Below are positions 50,401-62,400 of a stretch of DNA of 64,000 bases, piece after piece (positions within the stretch are counted from its first letter, which is position 1; every line of letters starts with the position of its first letter). Position numbers and translations under genes: made by a program. The stretch is from NCBI GenBank assembly GCA_002633005.1, contig NMRA01000187.1:553740-617739 (forward strand), given 5' to 3'. Source of the DNA: Phoronis australis (Eukaryota > Animalia > Phoronida). The notes beneath the pieces are model-generated. The model had not been told where the DNA came from, did no database searches, and saw nothing but the letters and a program-made list of their open reading frames with translations.

Positions 50401-52805
50401 GAGATGGACTGCTGTTCTGGTCCTTTCTCCTAGGACGACCGTGTCTGGAATAGTTTTCGGTGAAACAGGAAGTCAACTCATAAGTAAATTCTTCACAAGG
50501 TCACCTACTACACTTATTGTTGCTAACTCTGAACTCTGTACTATGAGCAGCCGTCAGCTTCGTGAAAAATGACGTCAGAAAATTTGCCTTATGTTCCCAC
50601 TTCACAATAACAGACTTAGGTTTTTGCCATGTAATTGTTAGCATATTACCACTTAGGAATAATTAATGAAAATTATCAGAACAATGAGCAAGTATCTATA
50701 TGATTTGAGAGACATCGTACTTTTCCCTGAGATGAGAGAAAATTATTTTTCAGAAATAGTTGTGTGGTGCATAACACAAAATAAATTTCTGACTTAAGCC
50801 GCAAGTCACCTTTCGTGACATGGGCCCCTGATGAGGGGTCACCATCTCTTCCTGGTGGACTGGGAACAGTCAATCACAAATTTGTTCCTGACTGCACAAT
50901 CAATTACAGTAAGTAGAACGAGACAAACAAAAACAAAAACAAAAACAGCCAAGTTTGCATTACGTAGGCGCAGCAATCTTGTGAAAAAGTGAAAATATGC
51001 AATCAGGCAAGGGTTTCACGAGTGTACCGGAATGTTGGATTATGGGCTAGTATTCAGTTTTGTTCCACAAGCAAATGTTTCACCAGTGTCTCTTGGGTCT
51101 ACCTAACACACCTCCAGTGCACCCAACTGTGTCTTGTGTACAACAATCATTGGTCACTATCGCAGGCGACACAATCCACAATGCACAAATCGACTACACA
51201 GGGTACAGGGCAACATTAGCGAGCGACACGAAAAGCTCTGAAGTGTTTCCTGTCATATCCAAGATGTGTACATACCGTTCACAGTGATAGGTGATAGTCG
51301 TTTTATTCTCATGCTTCCTGCAGAAGTTTCCCAAGCCTTCCTCTCGAGCCGTGTGCAGTGTACTGGCAATGAACTCTTCTTTTGTTTGTCCTCTGAAGAA
51401 CAAATTGACACATTTAAATTACAAAGGAAATGAAACCGTGTTTAAAGTGATATTACCAGTCAGAAAAGTGGTTTTCTGAGATCAATCCAACGCTGAAAGG
51501 AACCCACAATCCACACAATCACAATCCATGTTCTGCTGGTGAGACTATTTGGTCCAACAGTAATAACTTCAATCCCATCCATCACTACTCTCCAAAATGT
51601 GCTTTTTGGCTGCAAAACCAAAAACACCCGTTTAAGGGAGCATTTACCCAAAACTAGTTTTGGTACCTGCTTTTGCACAATTAGTACTCTCCTAAGGGAT
51701 AAACACAGTATTCATCTCAAATCAATTATTCAAACTGTGGAGCTTATGGCCACAGATACGGTAAAGTTTCGTCAATCTTCAATTATAAACTGGTTTTTGC
51801 ATGAATTTTGCCAGTTATCCATTCATACATGGCTATTTCAGTGTTGTATTCTCCATCTACACACTTCCCAAATTTGACATTGAGTTCATATTTGCCTTAC
51901 CTCAAGACTTGATAGGATAAAGGAACATCGGACTTTATGCGTTTATTCTTAGCTTGCATCAGAAGTATTATGGCTCTGTCTTCTACTTCATTTCTTTCAA
52001 CGACTAAAAGCAGGAAACCCATGCAGTTAGTTATTTTATGTGCAATCGCAATCTGACAGTGTCTCTTCTTGTAGGTATAATTTGTTGAAATTAACATCAG
52101 GCACTGTGTGCTGGTTACAGTTTATGAGTTTTTTTACACATAACATTTCACAAATGTGGTGCATAATATTTATTCTATAATACATTAATCACCTTCTAAA
52201 ACGCAAAATTAAATAACACCAACACCTGACAATTTTCCAAAGTTATTGTATTTACCAATTGTCAGTTTTCTACACATCCGGTGATGTGGCTTACACACAG
52301 TGACAAGACACCTACTAGCACCACCAAAATTCAGCAAGCTAACACCATCTTCCAGTTATTTGCTACTGGTCTCCCATGGCTCCAAGCAAGAACTCTGAAT
52401 ATTATTTACCCAAAAATCTTATGATTATCGGACAAAAGGCAAAAATTTGCCTTTTTGATTTTTCAACCACGGGCTTCTGACATCACTGTGAATGTCCACA
52501 ATTTTCCAAAACATTCTCATGGGAGCTGTGATACAAAACTTGAACATGAAAACGCAATTAATTTGGCACTACATATGTTCCATGGAAAAAATGGTCAAAT
52601 AAAATTTCACTTGTCGGCCATATTGTATCCTAAACTGGCCAGATCTTACTGCAATACACCACCTCTTACCATTCGTTTCAGCCGGTGTCAAAACAACTTC
52701 TTTAGCCGTGGTATATGAGTGTTCACAGCCTGACTCCCCTTGGGACACATGTTCACTTTGATCACCATCAACCAAACTGGAGTCATGGCCTAATGGGTCT
52801 TCCAT
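47414..52805 (-). CDS. CaRF(ALS2CR8)/FAR1-like WRKY-GCM1-fold zinc DNA-binding protein related to Mutator transposase N-termini, about 378 aa, 7 coding exons
   Basis: Exons 52805-52670, 52003-51901, 51392-51276, 50444-50210, 49797-49670, 48813-48742 and 47759-47414 total 1137 nt, GT-AG and in frame. Motifs ITYHCERHGRPR..SLTRANCCPAYISF..VRKFVDHNGHD (C-C-H-H ligands) and NRRFYPTPEDIK, followed by a KRK basic patch and an acidic C-terminus. The start could extend upstream (acceptor at 52845, gap beyond). Confidence 0.8.
47803..48188. mobile_element. Foldback-type MITE with long inverted arms and GGGCCC-type ends; relative at about 54808-55223
   Basis: gcccagcgtctcattttgtactcaaaatgaactcgaaattatt pairs with aataatttcaagttcattttaagtacaaagataagacttcgggc. 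The internal tttgcacYtgatgacccc block is shared with the 54.8-55.2 kb copy. Confidence 0.78.
48520..48666 (-). mobile_element. tRNA-derived SINE (5' head)
   Basis: Minus strand gtgtggctcagtggttggagc (A box) followed by gttcgaatc (B box, + 48611-48619); no complete cloverleaf. Confidence 0.6.
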
Positions 52806-53456
52806 AGCCCAGTATATAATGTCAAATTCGGTCAATACACTGCACTGGAAACAAAAAGATTCAAAATTTTGAAAATTGTTCATAAACATTGATGCTGAAA
52901 TGCCGTTCCATTATTGACAGTTAAAAGGTCAGTAAATAGTATAAGTAAAAGATGGACATCAGTATTAAAATCTGATTGATTAAAATATTCCCCACGTTTT
53001 GAGTGGTATGATCTTTATGATGCGTACCACACAAAATGAAGGACTGTTCAAAGAAAAACTTTTTGATTACGGGAGTATTTGTTCGAATCGGAAAGAATTA
53101 AAGACAATGACAGCCTCCTAAGGTGACCCTCTATGCGCAAAAGGTACTTTCAACAACGTGACGAGGATGTTATAATCAATGTGAGGCATAATTCACCAAA
53201 AAGCTTCTGGTCTACAAAGCTGCGAGCTTCACCGTCTACTGGGGCCAGTTACATGTCGTGAACACATCCACTAAAACAAGAAACTGTAGGAACACCGCAT
53301 TTATCCACCTTCACTCTTATCAGGCTTCTATTGTGAGTCAGCATGCGTGAATAATTGGCTGATAAGCCACCTCTGGAACTACTTTTGGCTGAATGGATGA
53401 CCAGGCCATAAAATGATAATATTAGCCAAGACCAGTTACTAATGCAACAAAGAATA

Positions 53457-54433
53457 NNNNNNNNNNNNNNNNNNNNNNNNNNNNNNNNNNNNNNNNNNNN
53501 NNNNNNNNNNNNNNNNNNNNNNNNNNNNNNNNNNNNNNNNNNNNNNNNNNNNNNNNNNNNNNNNNNNNNNNNNNNNNNNNNNNNNNNNNNNNNNNNNNNN
53601 NNNNNNNNNNNNNNNNNNNNNNNNNNNNNNNNNNNNNNNNNNNNNNNNNNNNNNNNNNNNNNNNNNNNNNNNNNNNNNNNNNNNNNNNNNNNNNNNNNNN
53701 NNNNNNNNNNNNNNNNNNNNNNNNNNNNNNNNNNNNNNNNNNNNNNNNNNNNNNNNNNNNNNNNNNNNNNNNNNNNNNNNNNNNNNNNNNNNNNNNNNNN
53801 NNNNNNNNNNNNNNNNNNNNNNNNNNNNNNNNNNNNNNNNNNNNNNNNNNNNNNNNNNNNNNNNNNNNNNNNNNNNNNNNNNNNNNNNNNNNNNNNNNNN
53901 NNNNNNNNNNNNNNNNNNNNNNNNNNNNNNNNNNNNNNNNNNNNNNNNNNNNNNNNNNNNNNNNNNNNNNNNNNNNNNNNNNNNNNNNNNNNNNNNNNNN
54001 NNNNNNNNNNNNNNNNNNNNNNNNNNNNNNNNNNNNNNNNNNNNNNNNNNNNNNNNNNNNNNNNNNNNNNNNNNNNNNNNNNNNNNNNNNNNNNNNNNNN
54101 NNNNNNNNNNNNNNNNNNNNNNNNNNNNNNNNNNNNNNNNNNNNNNNNNNNNNNNNNNNNNNNNNNNNNNNNNNNNNNNNNNNNNNNNNNNNNNNNNNNN
54201 NNNNNNNNNNNNNNNNNNNNNNNNNNNNNNNNNNNNNNNNNNNNNNNNNNNNNNNNNNNNNNNNNNNNNNNNNNNNNNNNNNNNNNNNNNNNNNNNNNNN
54301 NNNNNNNNNNNNNNNNNNNNNNNNNNNNNNNNNNNNNNNNNNNNNNNNNNNNNNNNNNNNNNNNNNNNNNNNNNNNNNNNNNNNNNNNNNNNNNNNNNNN
54401 NNNNNNNNNNNNNNNNNNNNNNNNNNNNNNNNN
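53457..54433. other. Assembly gap (N run)
   Basis: Run of N. Confidence 1.
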
Positions 54434-54493
54434 TTTCAAATATTACAGTAAAAACTACGTAAAACTCTCACCATAAAAAGTACAGTCTGCTAG

Positions 54494-54683
54494 CTAGATT
54501 GTAATCAGCTGATCATATCCGCATGAGCGAAGCCAATTATCCTCGCTCGTGACTCGATGACTAGAGCAGCCTGGCGGCATCCCTTTGATCGTGAGCCGAG
54601 TGCGACTCAGCCAAGGTGGATAAATACGGTCTAGTTCAATTTTCCATACCCCGCCGTTTACCTTAACCACTGGGGTTAGAACC
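54494..54683 (-). repeat. SINE-like repeat fragment, with a weakly related inverted fragment at about 53295-53365
   Basis: Shared blocks atttatccacctt and ataattggct in opposite orientation on either side of the gap. Confidence 0.35.
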
Positions 54684-55875
54684 AATTTTATTTAGTGGGA
54701 ATGTTCATAGCATGTATAGATGGTATTCACTGTCTACAAGGGCAACTGTCTGCAGGAAAAGTGAAGTCCATCTCTCCTAAAATCATGATTTAACTTAATT
54801 TTATTCCAGGGCCCTGGGTCTAATCTGTTTACTTAGAACTGATTTTTTTTACTTTTTCTGTTCTGCATCATTAATCTGCGTCATTTAATAGTTACAAACT
54901 CCAAATGTTTGTCTATTATTTTTGTGTTCCAGTGTGTAATAGCTCAAGCGTTCGCATGTCTAATCCTATTTTGCACTTGATGACCCCAGCTAAAGAAGCT
55001 ATAAGTTCCAGTCTGAGTTCTTAATGTTGAGTTTTACTCAAAATCTGGATTTTGAACTTGAGTTAGTAGATCAAATGCAATTTTTGACTTTGTCTTACAC
55101 TAAACTAGGCACTCATCTGTGAAGTGTAATCGAACACAGACTAACAGATATTTATTTTGACCTAAAATAGAATGGTACTTTTCAGTTCAATTTCGAATCC
55201 AGAAATTAGAGGCTCGGGGGGCCAGAATTGAACAATTTCCTTTTTTTCACTCAACGACCGTCAGTCGTCAGGGGCAAGGTGAGATGGTTGCTTTTATTTC
55301 GAGTTACTGGTTAAGCAATAGACCCAATTTGAAAAAAGAGCCCAAATGTTCCGTTTACGTTAAGTTTCCAACCATTATCAGAGTTTTCATAAAAACCTTT
55401 GCAGAACTTTAAAGTTTTACCTGAACTAGAGACTGTTCATTGCCTCAACTGAGAGCTTCGAGAGAGACTCAACTCAATACATCCTTGGCAAGAAGCGGAA
55501 ATGGTATCTGCCATCTGGTGTCAAGTATAGCTATCCTATCCTATTGGCAATAAATAGCACTAATCGGTGCTCGTTGAAAGGCCATCCGAGTACACCTTAG
55601 GCGCAGCGTGTCAATGATATTGCTGTGCATGAATTTGGAATCTTGCTTAATCTCAAGATCGCGTATGCGTGAACTTTGAATTGAATATTCATTCGGGCAA
55701 TCAGGTGAAACTTTTTGTCCAGTGTAACTACTTTTTGTAATTATTGGCCTCATGATCACCCATTTTCCTCTTTACCTGTAAATGTCAAAGGGTAATGTTA
55801 GTACAGTGTTTGGTGAATAAAATCGCCAACAATTGAAAAAAGGTTGGTTAAAATTTGTGTCATATTAACATGTAA

Positions 55876-55879
<4 letters not shown>

Positions 55880-55950
<71 letters not shown>

Positions 55951-56020
55951 TGTTAATGTAATATTTACAATGAGGGTAGCCCCATCAGTTCACACTGCTT
56001 TCAATGGGGGCCCTCAAAGT
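55880..56020 (-). repeat. (TTA)n microsatellite of about 23 units (55880-55950), probably the (AAT)n tail of a minus-strand retroposon 3' end
   Basis: Pure tta run; the adjacent minus-strand sequence ccccattgaaagcagtgtgaactgatggggctaccctc forms a stem-loop typical of LINE/SINE 3' tails. Confidence 0.75.
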
Positions 56021-56420
56021 GGTGCAAAATATTATCAACGTAAACGAGTTGAGTGAACTTGTCAAGTTTCCTAGTTACGCGATCTTTTGATTAAGTAAGA
56101 TTCCATGTTCACGTACAGCAATATCATAGCCCATGTACATGTATGACACGGATGATGTGCAGCCCAGCCTGTAGCCGACGGCACAACAGACAGCTATCCA
56201 TGATGACAATGAGTGCTTTTTACCCACCTCTCTCCCGGCCCACCGTACGGTGGTGCCAGTTGCATGTGGGTGGCGGTGATGTTTTTGATTTAGTCCGCAG
56301 GTTTCTCCGTCCGGAGTAAATTGCACCACTTAATTTTTCTGTGTCTGTATTATACCAAATACCGTGCTATTGTTGGTGAAAGATTATCGAATTTGTGCTG
56401 AAACGCTCGTACGTTGGACT

Positions 56421-56959
56421 TTAAGAGGCATAGAACGTCATAAACAAACTAAATTAAAAAAGTGGCTTTCTGCCATTGACAGAAACAGAATTCAGCCTGC
56501 TCGCCAGGGATCTTTAGTATTTGTTTGTCACAGATTTTCAATTTCTATTGATATCAAAGCATTTTCTTTAGTTTCAAAAATGATCTGGCAACTGCTCACC
56601 ACTTCGTTGGATTTTTCTCCACAAGGCACAGCACATCTCCGTATTTGGCACAGAAAGACATAGGGCGTAGGAGATTTCGCTTATATGGAAAATGTGACCT
56701 TTGAACTCAAGCGACTTCAACTAACTGAGTGTGAGTGCATGCGCGCATTTGTCATAAGTGGGAGATTAGAAACTCTGTGGTAACCACAGGTTTTTCATTT
56801 TCGCGCGTATTTCAAAAACCGTGAATTTTGTGATTTTTTTCTGGAAATCTCCTCACAGGAGAAAGTGAATTACTCAATAGTAGACGTTGCGAGACAGTAC
56901 TTTCGTCAAGAATTGTTTATAAGATATTTTGACCAGCTTTCGGGTTCCATGCCTCTTTG
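56421..56959 (+). mobile_element. Non-autonomous DNA transposon with TIRs, Kolobok-like
   Basis: TIR gaggcatagaac / gttccatgcctc with TTAA on the left and a degenerate tttga on the right; homologous to 20036-20470. Confidence 0.72.
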
Positions 56960-58914
56960 ATATAAAACAAACAACTTTGTAAATCCTGTAGGTATAATCT
57001 TGAGCTAAATAAATTAACAGTCAGCTAAACAAAATAACATCCAAACATGCCTCAGCCGTAGGTTAGTCTCACCGTCCATCGTCAGTGCTTTTTATTGGGC
57101 AACATTGCACGGCTGAGCGTGATCAATTAGCTGACTACTTAATGTGCGAAGCTTGGGTAGGATGGTTTTATTTTCAGTTTGTTGTTGTACAGTAAAACAA
57201 AACGTTGCATACGTACGGTTCTGAAGAAAAGAGGTGTCGACGACTGGGAGAATCTACCGACAGCAAAATGGTCGTCTGTGATTATTAAGTTGCTGAGCAT
57301 GGCGTGCAATAGTTTTACGTTCAGTAATGATTGTTCTTGTGCCAACATTCAGTTGCTATGGCAACAACTCGGCTTTACTCCTACCATTCTTATGATCAAG
57401 TCTATACTACTAATGAGTTAGTCTATTGGGTGCAACTTTGAAGTTACAAAGGGTTTTCAGATTTTCTAATATGTTTATCTAAAACTCAAGTTACTATTTT
57501 TCCAGATGAAAAACTTCTAGCAGGAAAGAGTCTTTTAATATTTCACGCAGAAGTTCGGGTTTATTCAGGAACACTGCTGCGTCGCCGAGCAAACCGATAT
57601 CAGTGCCGTGTCCTTTTCAGTCTACGGGGTCATAAGCGCGCGTTGTGCCTTTCATGGAATCCAATATTTGGAGCATGTGCCTCTACGAACCATTGTTGAT
57701 TAAAACCAGAAAACAATATTCAGTAGATTTTGAAATTGAACAACTAATTGAAAAGCACCGGTACCCAGCTTCGTAATTAGGCTCAATTACTCCTATGGGG
57801 TGAAGCTCATCTGAAGATGTTCAAAATTGCTAATTTCTTTAACAACACAATTTGGAATTTGAACTCAACGCACTAGATGTTGCCCTTGCATTGACAGATC
57901 CAGCAACGCGTTCCGCTGATGCGAGAATCTCACGAAACCCAAGATCACGCAAGACTTCGCCAGATATCGCCATGCATTGTAGCGAGGCATGTGACCACTC
58001 TACTCTTGCAAGATCTACGGATGTCGCTAGGGGTCATGACCAGACATCCTGAATGGCAAACAAAAGTATGTCATAAGAATGCAAGTCAGCGAGGGGGCTT
58101 GAAACTTGCGTATCGTCACAGCTTGACGTGCCATTTAAGCTATAAAATTTCATTTAGTGCACGAAAGGACTATTTCATTTCATTTCTACACGGGGTGAAG
58201 TGACTAAGGAATGTCTAACGTTCAGATGAGACTTCAACAAACAGCACCTGTTAAACTACCCTTAGAAAACCCACGTGGTATGTTCCATTGCACTAATCAC
58301 TCCCGCGTACCGAAAGCTCTGCACAAATAACCACGAAAAGTTGATGAGAGTACATGTAGCGCTGCAAAATTATGCTGGAAATCTCGCTGCAGTTGAAACG
58401 AAACTAAAGAAACGGTATCTGCTTATTAATGTTCATATTGACGGAGTAAATCTTTTATGTGAGTAGCCTAGCTGTGGTCCATATATTTAATTTCAAATTT
58501 TGAAGACTTATCTGAACCCATTGATCGACTGAAAATTACCTGTGTATCAAACAATTTAACGACTTTTACCCCAACTGTTGAGTACATGTCTACATGCATG
58601 AGCTCCGACAGGTGAAGAAAATGGCAAACAAATTCGACCCAACACTATATGATCTTGGTTTGCAATTTTAAACTGCATTACTCTGTAATTGATTTCAATA
58701 TCAATTTGGAAATTGCACTGAACCCATCCTTTCGTAAGCCTAGTCCAATTTGAGAAGTCCTACAAGTAATTATAACGCTTACCTTGATGGCGTGGCGTTG
58801 CTCTGACCCTAAAACCGAGCGGTTATCGTTGGTTTTTTTATCGAAACAATTCACAGTCAATTAACGAGATTGTGCGTTGGTGATTGGTGAATGATGCGTG
58901 TGTTTAGATGGTTT

Positions 58915-59210
58915 AAATGTCGGAGATCATGGCCAATGACTCAGGCTCTGAACGAACTGATTGATGGGGCCACGACAGATTCACATGGCAGTGCCTGTGT
59001 TCCGCAATTTTTGACGTTGACGGTAAAAAACTGTGGCGAAAATTGTCTTCTGCACTGAGGAGTAAAAATGTACACAGGCTTTCTCGAATAGTTGTTGAAA
59101 ATTGAGGATATGGTTTTGAGATCTCTAGGTCTACCAATCCAATGACTATTTGGTAGGGCATCACAATCGAGTTTAATCTGTTTTCTTCTTCTCTGCCAGA
59201 GACTCACAGC
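58915..59210 (-). pseudogene. Frameshifted 3' remnant of a LINE (CR1/L2-group) ORF2
   Basis: Two overlapping minus frames combine into SLWQRRRKQIKL / YQIVIGLVDL / NFRHSFLPST / LPCESVVAPSISSFRA, the characteristic C-terminal tail pattern of CR1/L2-type ORF2. Confidence 0.72.
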
Positions 59211-59414
59211 CGAATGCGCTAATCATTTTAAGAGACCCCAACCCCTAGTGCAAGGCATACGGATTGAAAAAAACGGTGAATGTCAGTCTTGTTTCCCATG
59301 TTTTAAAATTGCTGTGAAAGCGAACTACTGAAACCATCGGTTTTTAGGTCATCATAGTCATCCGTATTTTTCTTTGCAGTTTTATTTACTAAGCATAAGA
59401 CAACTCATTGCAGA

Positions 59415-62400
59415 ATGGCTTCGAAGCAAAAAATGTTGTCGTCCCGCGAAGTCTCCAAATTCAAATCGAGCACAAAGCCTACTGTGGGTAAAAAAGTCCA
59501 ATTCAACGGAAAAAGGAATGACGCAGAGAATGCCCGCTCAAAGAAACACGCCAAGGTACGTGTGGCCACATAAGTTCCGCTCGTTGTTACTAGTTAGAAA
59601 AAAAGTACGAATCATCTTCACCAGACAGTAAGAACAGTTTGGATAGATATATCAACGGTTTCAAAGAACAAGGATAAACGTGGAGAACAAAAACACGATC
59701 CACGGCATCGAGAGATAAGTATTTCGACTGATTCCCTATCGAAGAACGAAGTGTTTCGATCAGCCACTGCCAACTTGCACTGCTGGCTTCTTTGACTTTG
59801 TAGACACGTGGCAAACCTTCGCGTGCATTAGTAAATATGCTAATGATACTTTAAACTGATTTGAATTATCCCTGTAACGCAACCTGAACTAAACTTTTTT
59901 GACATCAAAGTGACATACGCCCGTTATACCTCAATTAAAAGTAGGATAGACAAAAACACGCAACTGGAAACCAGCAGTTCAAGACATGAACAAATACAGT
60001 CGCTTGGTCGTTTGAAAGCAACACTTGAAAATAGTTCTTTGAACCGTTATAGTCACTCACGTGAGGCTAAATGTCGCCCTATGAGGTATTTAGTGCACCA
60101 AATGTTGCAATTCTATTCATCCGGGTCTGAAAAGTTTGAAAAGGTTGAAGTTCGCCGGCTTGCTGTTCTGCAGCACTGTGTTTTATTTTTGTTTGTTCTA
60201 TAGTCTCAACAGGACAAACATGACGACACCCAGTGCGCTAGACCCCAGAAGAGGTCGCTACGAGAGGTTGGAAATTTTAGATCACAAATCCCAGTAAAAT
60301 CGGTGAAATGGACCAAGGCAGCGGAGCCTCTGCAACGCAAGAAAACTGGTTTGTTTTGGAACTGTCATGTGACAAAGCACATGGAGCTTTTTTGCATAAG
60401 TTTATAATGTGGAAACATATTCTGGTACTATTTATAAGTTTGTAAAAGTAGTGAAACGGATCCCACTCACTGAGCCGCCAACACTCAGCATTGACGTAGT
60501 CATGGGGGGAAAGAATCATGGCCCCCATTTTAAAGATCAATTCAGTGTTCCTCCAATCCTCTTCCCATTGCAAACTGCTCCACTGATTTCGCCTCCTGTC
60601 GTCCCACTCATCCCACCTCGATCCCGTCGCAATAACAATGTCACAATAATTAGAGAAATTGAGATAAGAAACGGCAGTTTTTTACTTATTAATTACAACA
60701 AATTGTATAGATTTATTTGTTTCTAACTTTTTTCTTTTCCAAGCAAAGGCAGCTGTGCAAGTAAAGCCCGACTTAACCATCGATATACCGATACCTTGTA
60801 AAGAAACAGGTACACCATACTAGAATACCGCTGCGTTAAAAGAACGTTCAAAGAAATTTCAACGTTTAGCAATGATAAAGCCCAAGATTAATTATTAGAT
60901 TACTAGATACCATTCTGACTTGTAGAATCATAATATGGAAGACAGTAGAATATCAAGCACTCTTGGTACCGGAAGTTTACGTCACAAAAATTCATCGCTA
61001 GATTCTACCAATCGGGTAAACTTTTTTGTGTGTCTTGTTAAACACAAGTTCAACTTGTGTTATACCCGCGAAAGTATTAACAATTTTTAGGAAATTGATA
61101 ATGTTCTTCCCTCATTCGTGCAGCAGTGATGACTTTATAACGGCGAACTTGAGTTACAGACTCAGTTCAGAGACGTAAGCGCCATCATTAGTCGGACGAG
61201 GATGGAATACCTCTCGCACGCTTTATCGACACGAGCCCCTTTACATTACGCTTTCAATAGCGCATGTGGACTTTCACCACTCCTGCCCTCTGTAATGTAG
61301 TTTCCCTCGGAAATGGTAACCTGGTGGTTTCCTGATGGCATACGGAAGTTTGTGACGCCAAACAAGCGGTAGACACAATAAATGGGACGAATTCTAAGAT
61401 GGAGCAAAACATACAGGTTGAGTCCCAGCAATTAACCAGAGGATTTTTGAAGACAAAATATTATTAAAACCTCCTGCGACAAAAATGCTATAGTTAGGAC
61501 ACCGTGAAAAAATAGCGATGAATTTTTGCCTTGTGACGTCATCTTCGGTATCAGGAATTGGAACTTTTCGATTTTTTGCGAAATGGTATCCAGTTGTCTA
61601 AGGATTCATTTTAGGCCCCAAAGATTGGCAAAACATCCAAAATATCGAAGTTTCCTTTTAATATTACAATGCATTTTATCGTGATTACTAACTAACATTC
61701 ATTTTTCCTGATTTTTTCAAACACCAGCTAATTGTTTTCATTTATCGACAGTTTACCTATTCTTGTTTTAAATGCTGGTCTTGAATGTAAATTATTGCTG
61801 AAAAGCGAATGAATCTACAACGTTCCTCCATACTTGCCTTTAACTGATATTTTTCAACACACGTTTCGCAGAAAAGACCATGGACATGCTTCCGTTGACT
61901 GTTGAGCTGCAGAAGTTAATGGAAGAGGTACCGGAAGGAGTTGTAGACATCGACAGCGCCACCAGTGATATGTTTATGTGCAAAGAGTATGCGCAGGACA
62001 TCGTGAGCTACTTAAGGGTAAGGACTGGAAAGTGGTCACGGGACACCATTCGTACTTTTTTCGCAAAAAAGTCTTGTCAATGAACTCAACATTAACTGGT
62101 GGGGATAAATCTTCAAAAATATGATTGATCGTCCCCGCTTCCATGTGTCTATGAAATGAAGCAAGCTTGTGTTTAAGCTGATGTTTCCTTTTCCCAGGCT
62201 TTAGGACATTTTTTTTTCGTTATAGGTCATTTCTTAAAATTTGACTATACTGCAAGTATCGGGTTCATTGAAACGGTATATTTTTAACGACGTTTTTTAA
62301 AGAGTCTACTCAGAGATTATTGGCCAGTTGTATGATTTGGCATAAGTCTTTGTGCAGACTCTGTAAAAAACGTCGAAAAGTTTAACTAGTGAAGCAGTCC

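Noticed and set aside
50820-50845. C/D snoRNA or hammerhead at cccctgatgagggg
   Set aside because: It lies on the strand opposite the host gene, with no properly placed D box, terminal stem or GAAA core
55844-56056. Poly-leucine membrane protein ORF
   Set aside because: It is a translation of the (TTA)n microsatellite
57915-57945. Hammerhead ribozyme (ctgatgcgagaatctcacgaaa)
   Set aside because: The core reads CUGAUGC rather than CUGANGA, stems I and III were not found, and the sequence belongs to a dispersed repeat
61124-61174. Additional cyclin exon
   Set aside because: It introduces a stop in the required phase; exon 60744-60809 joins 61872 in frame without it
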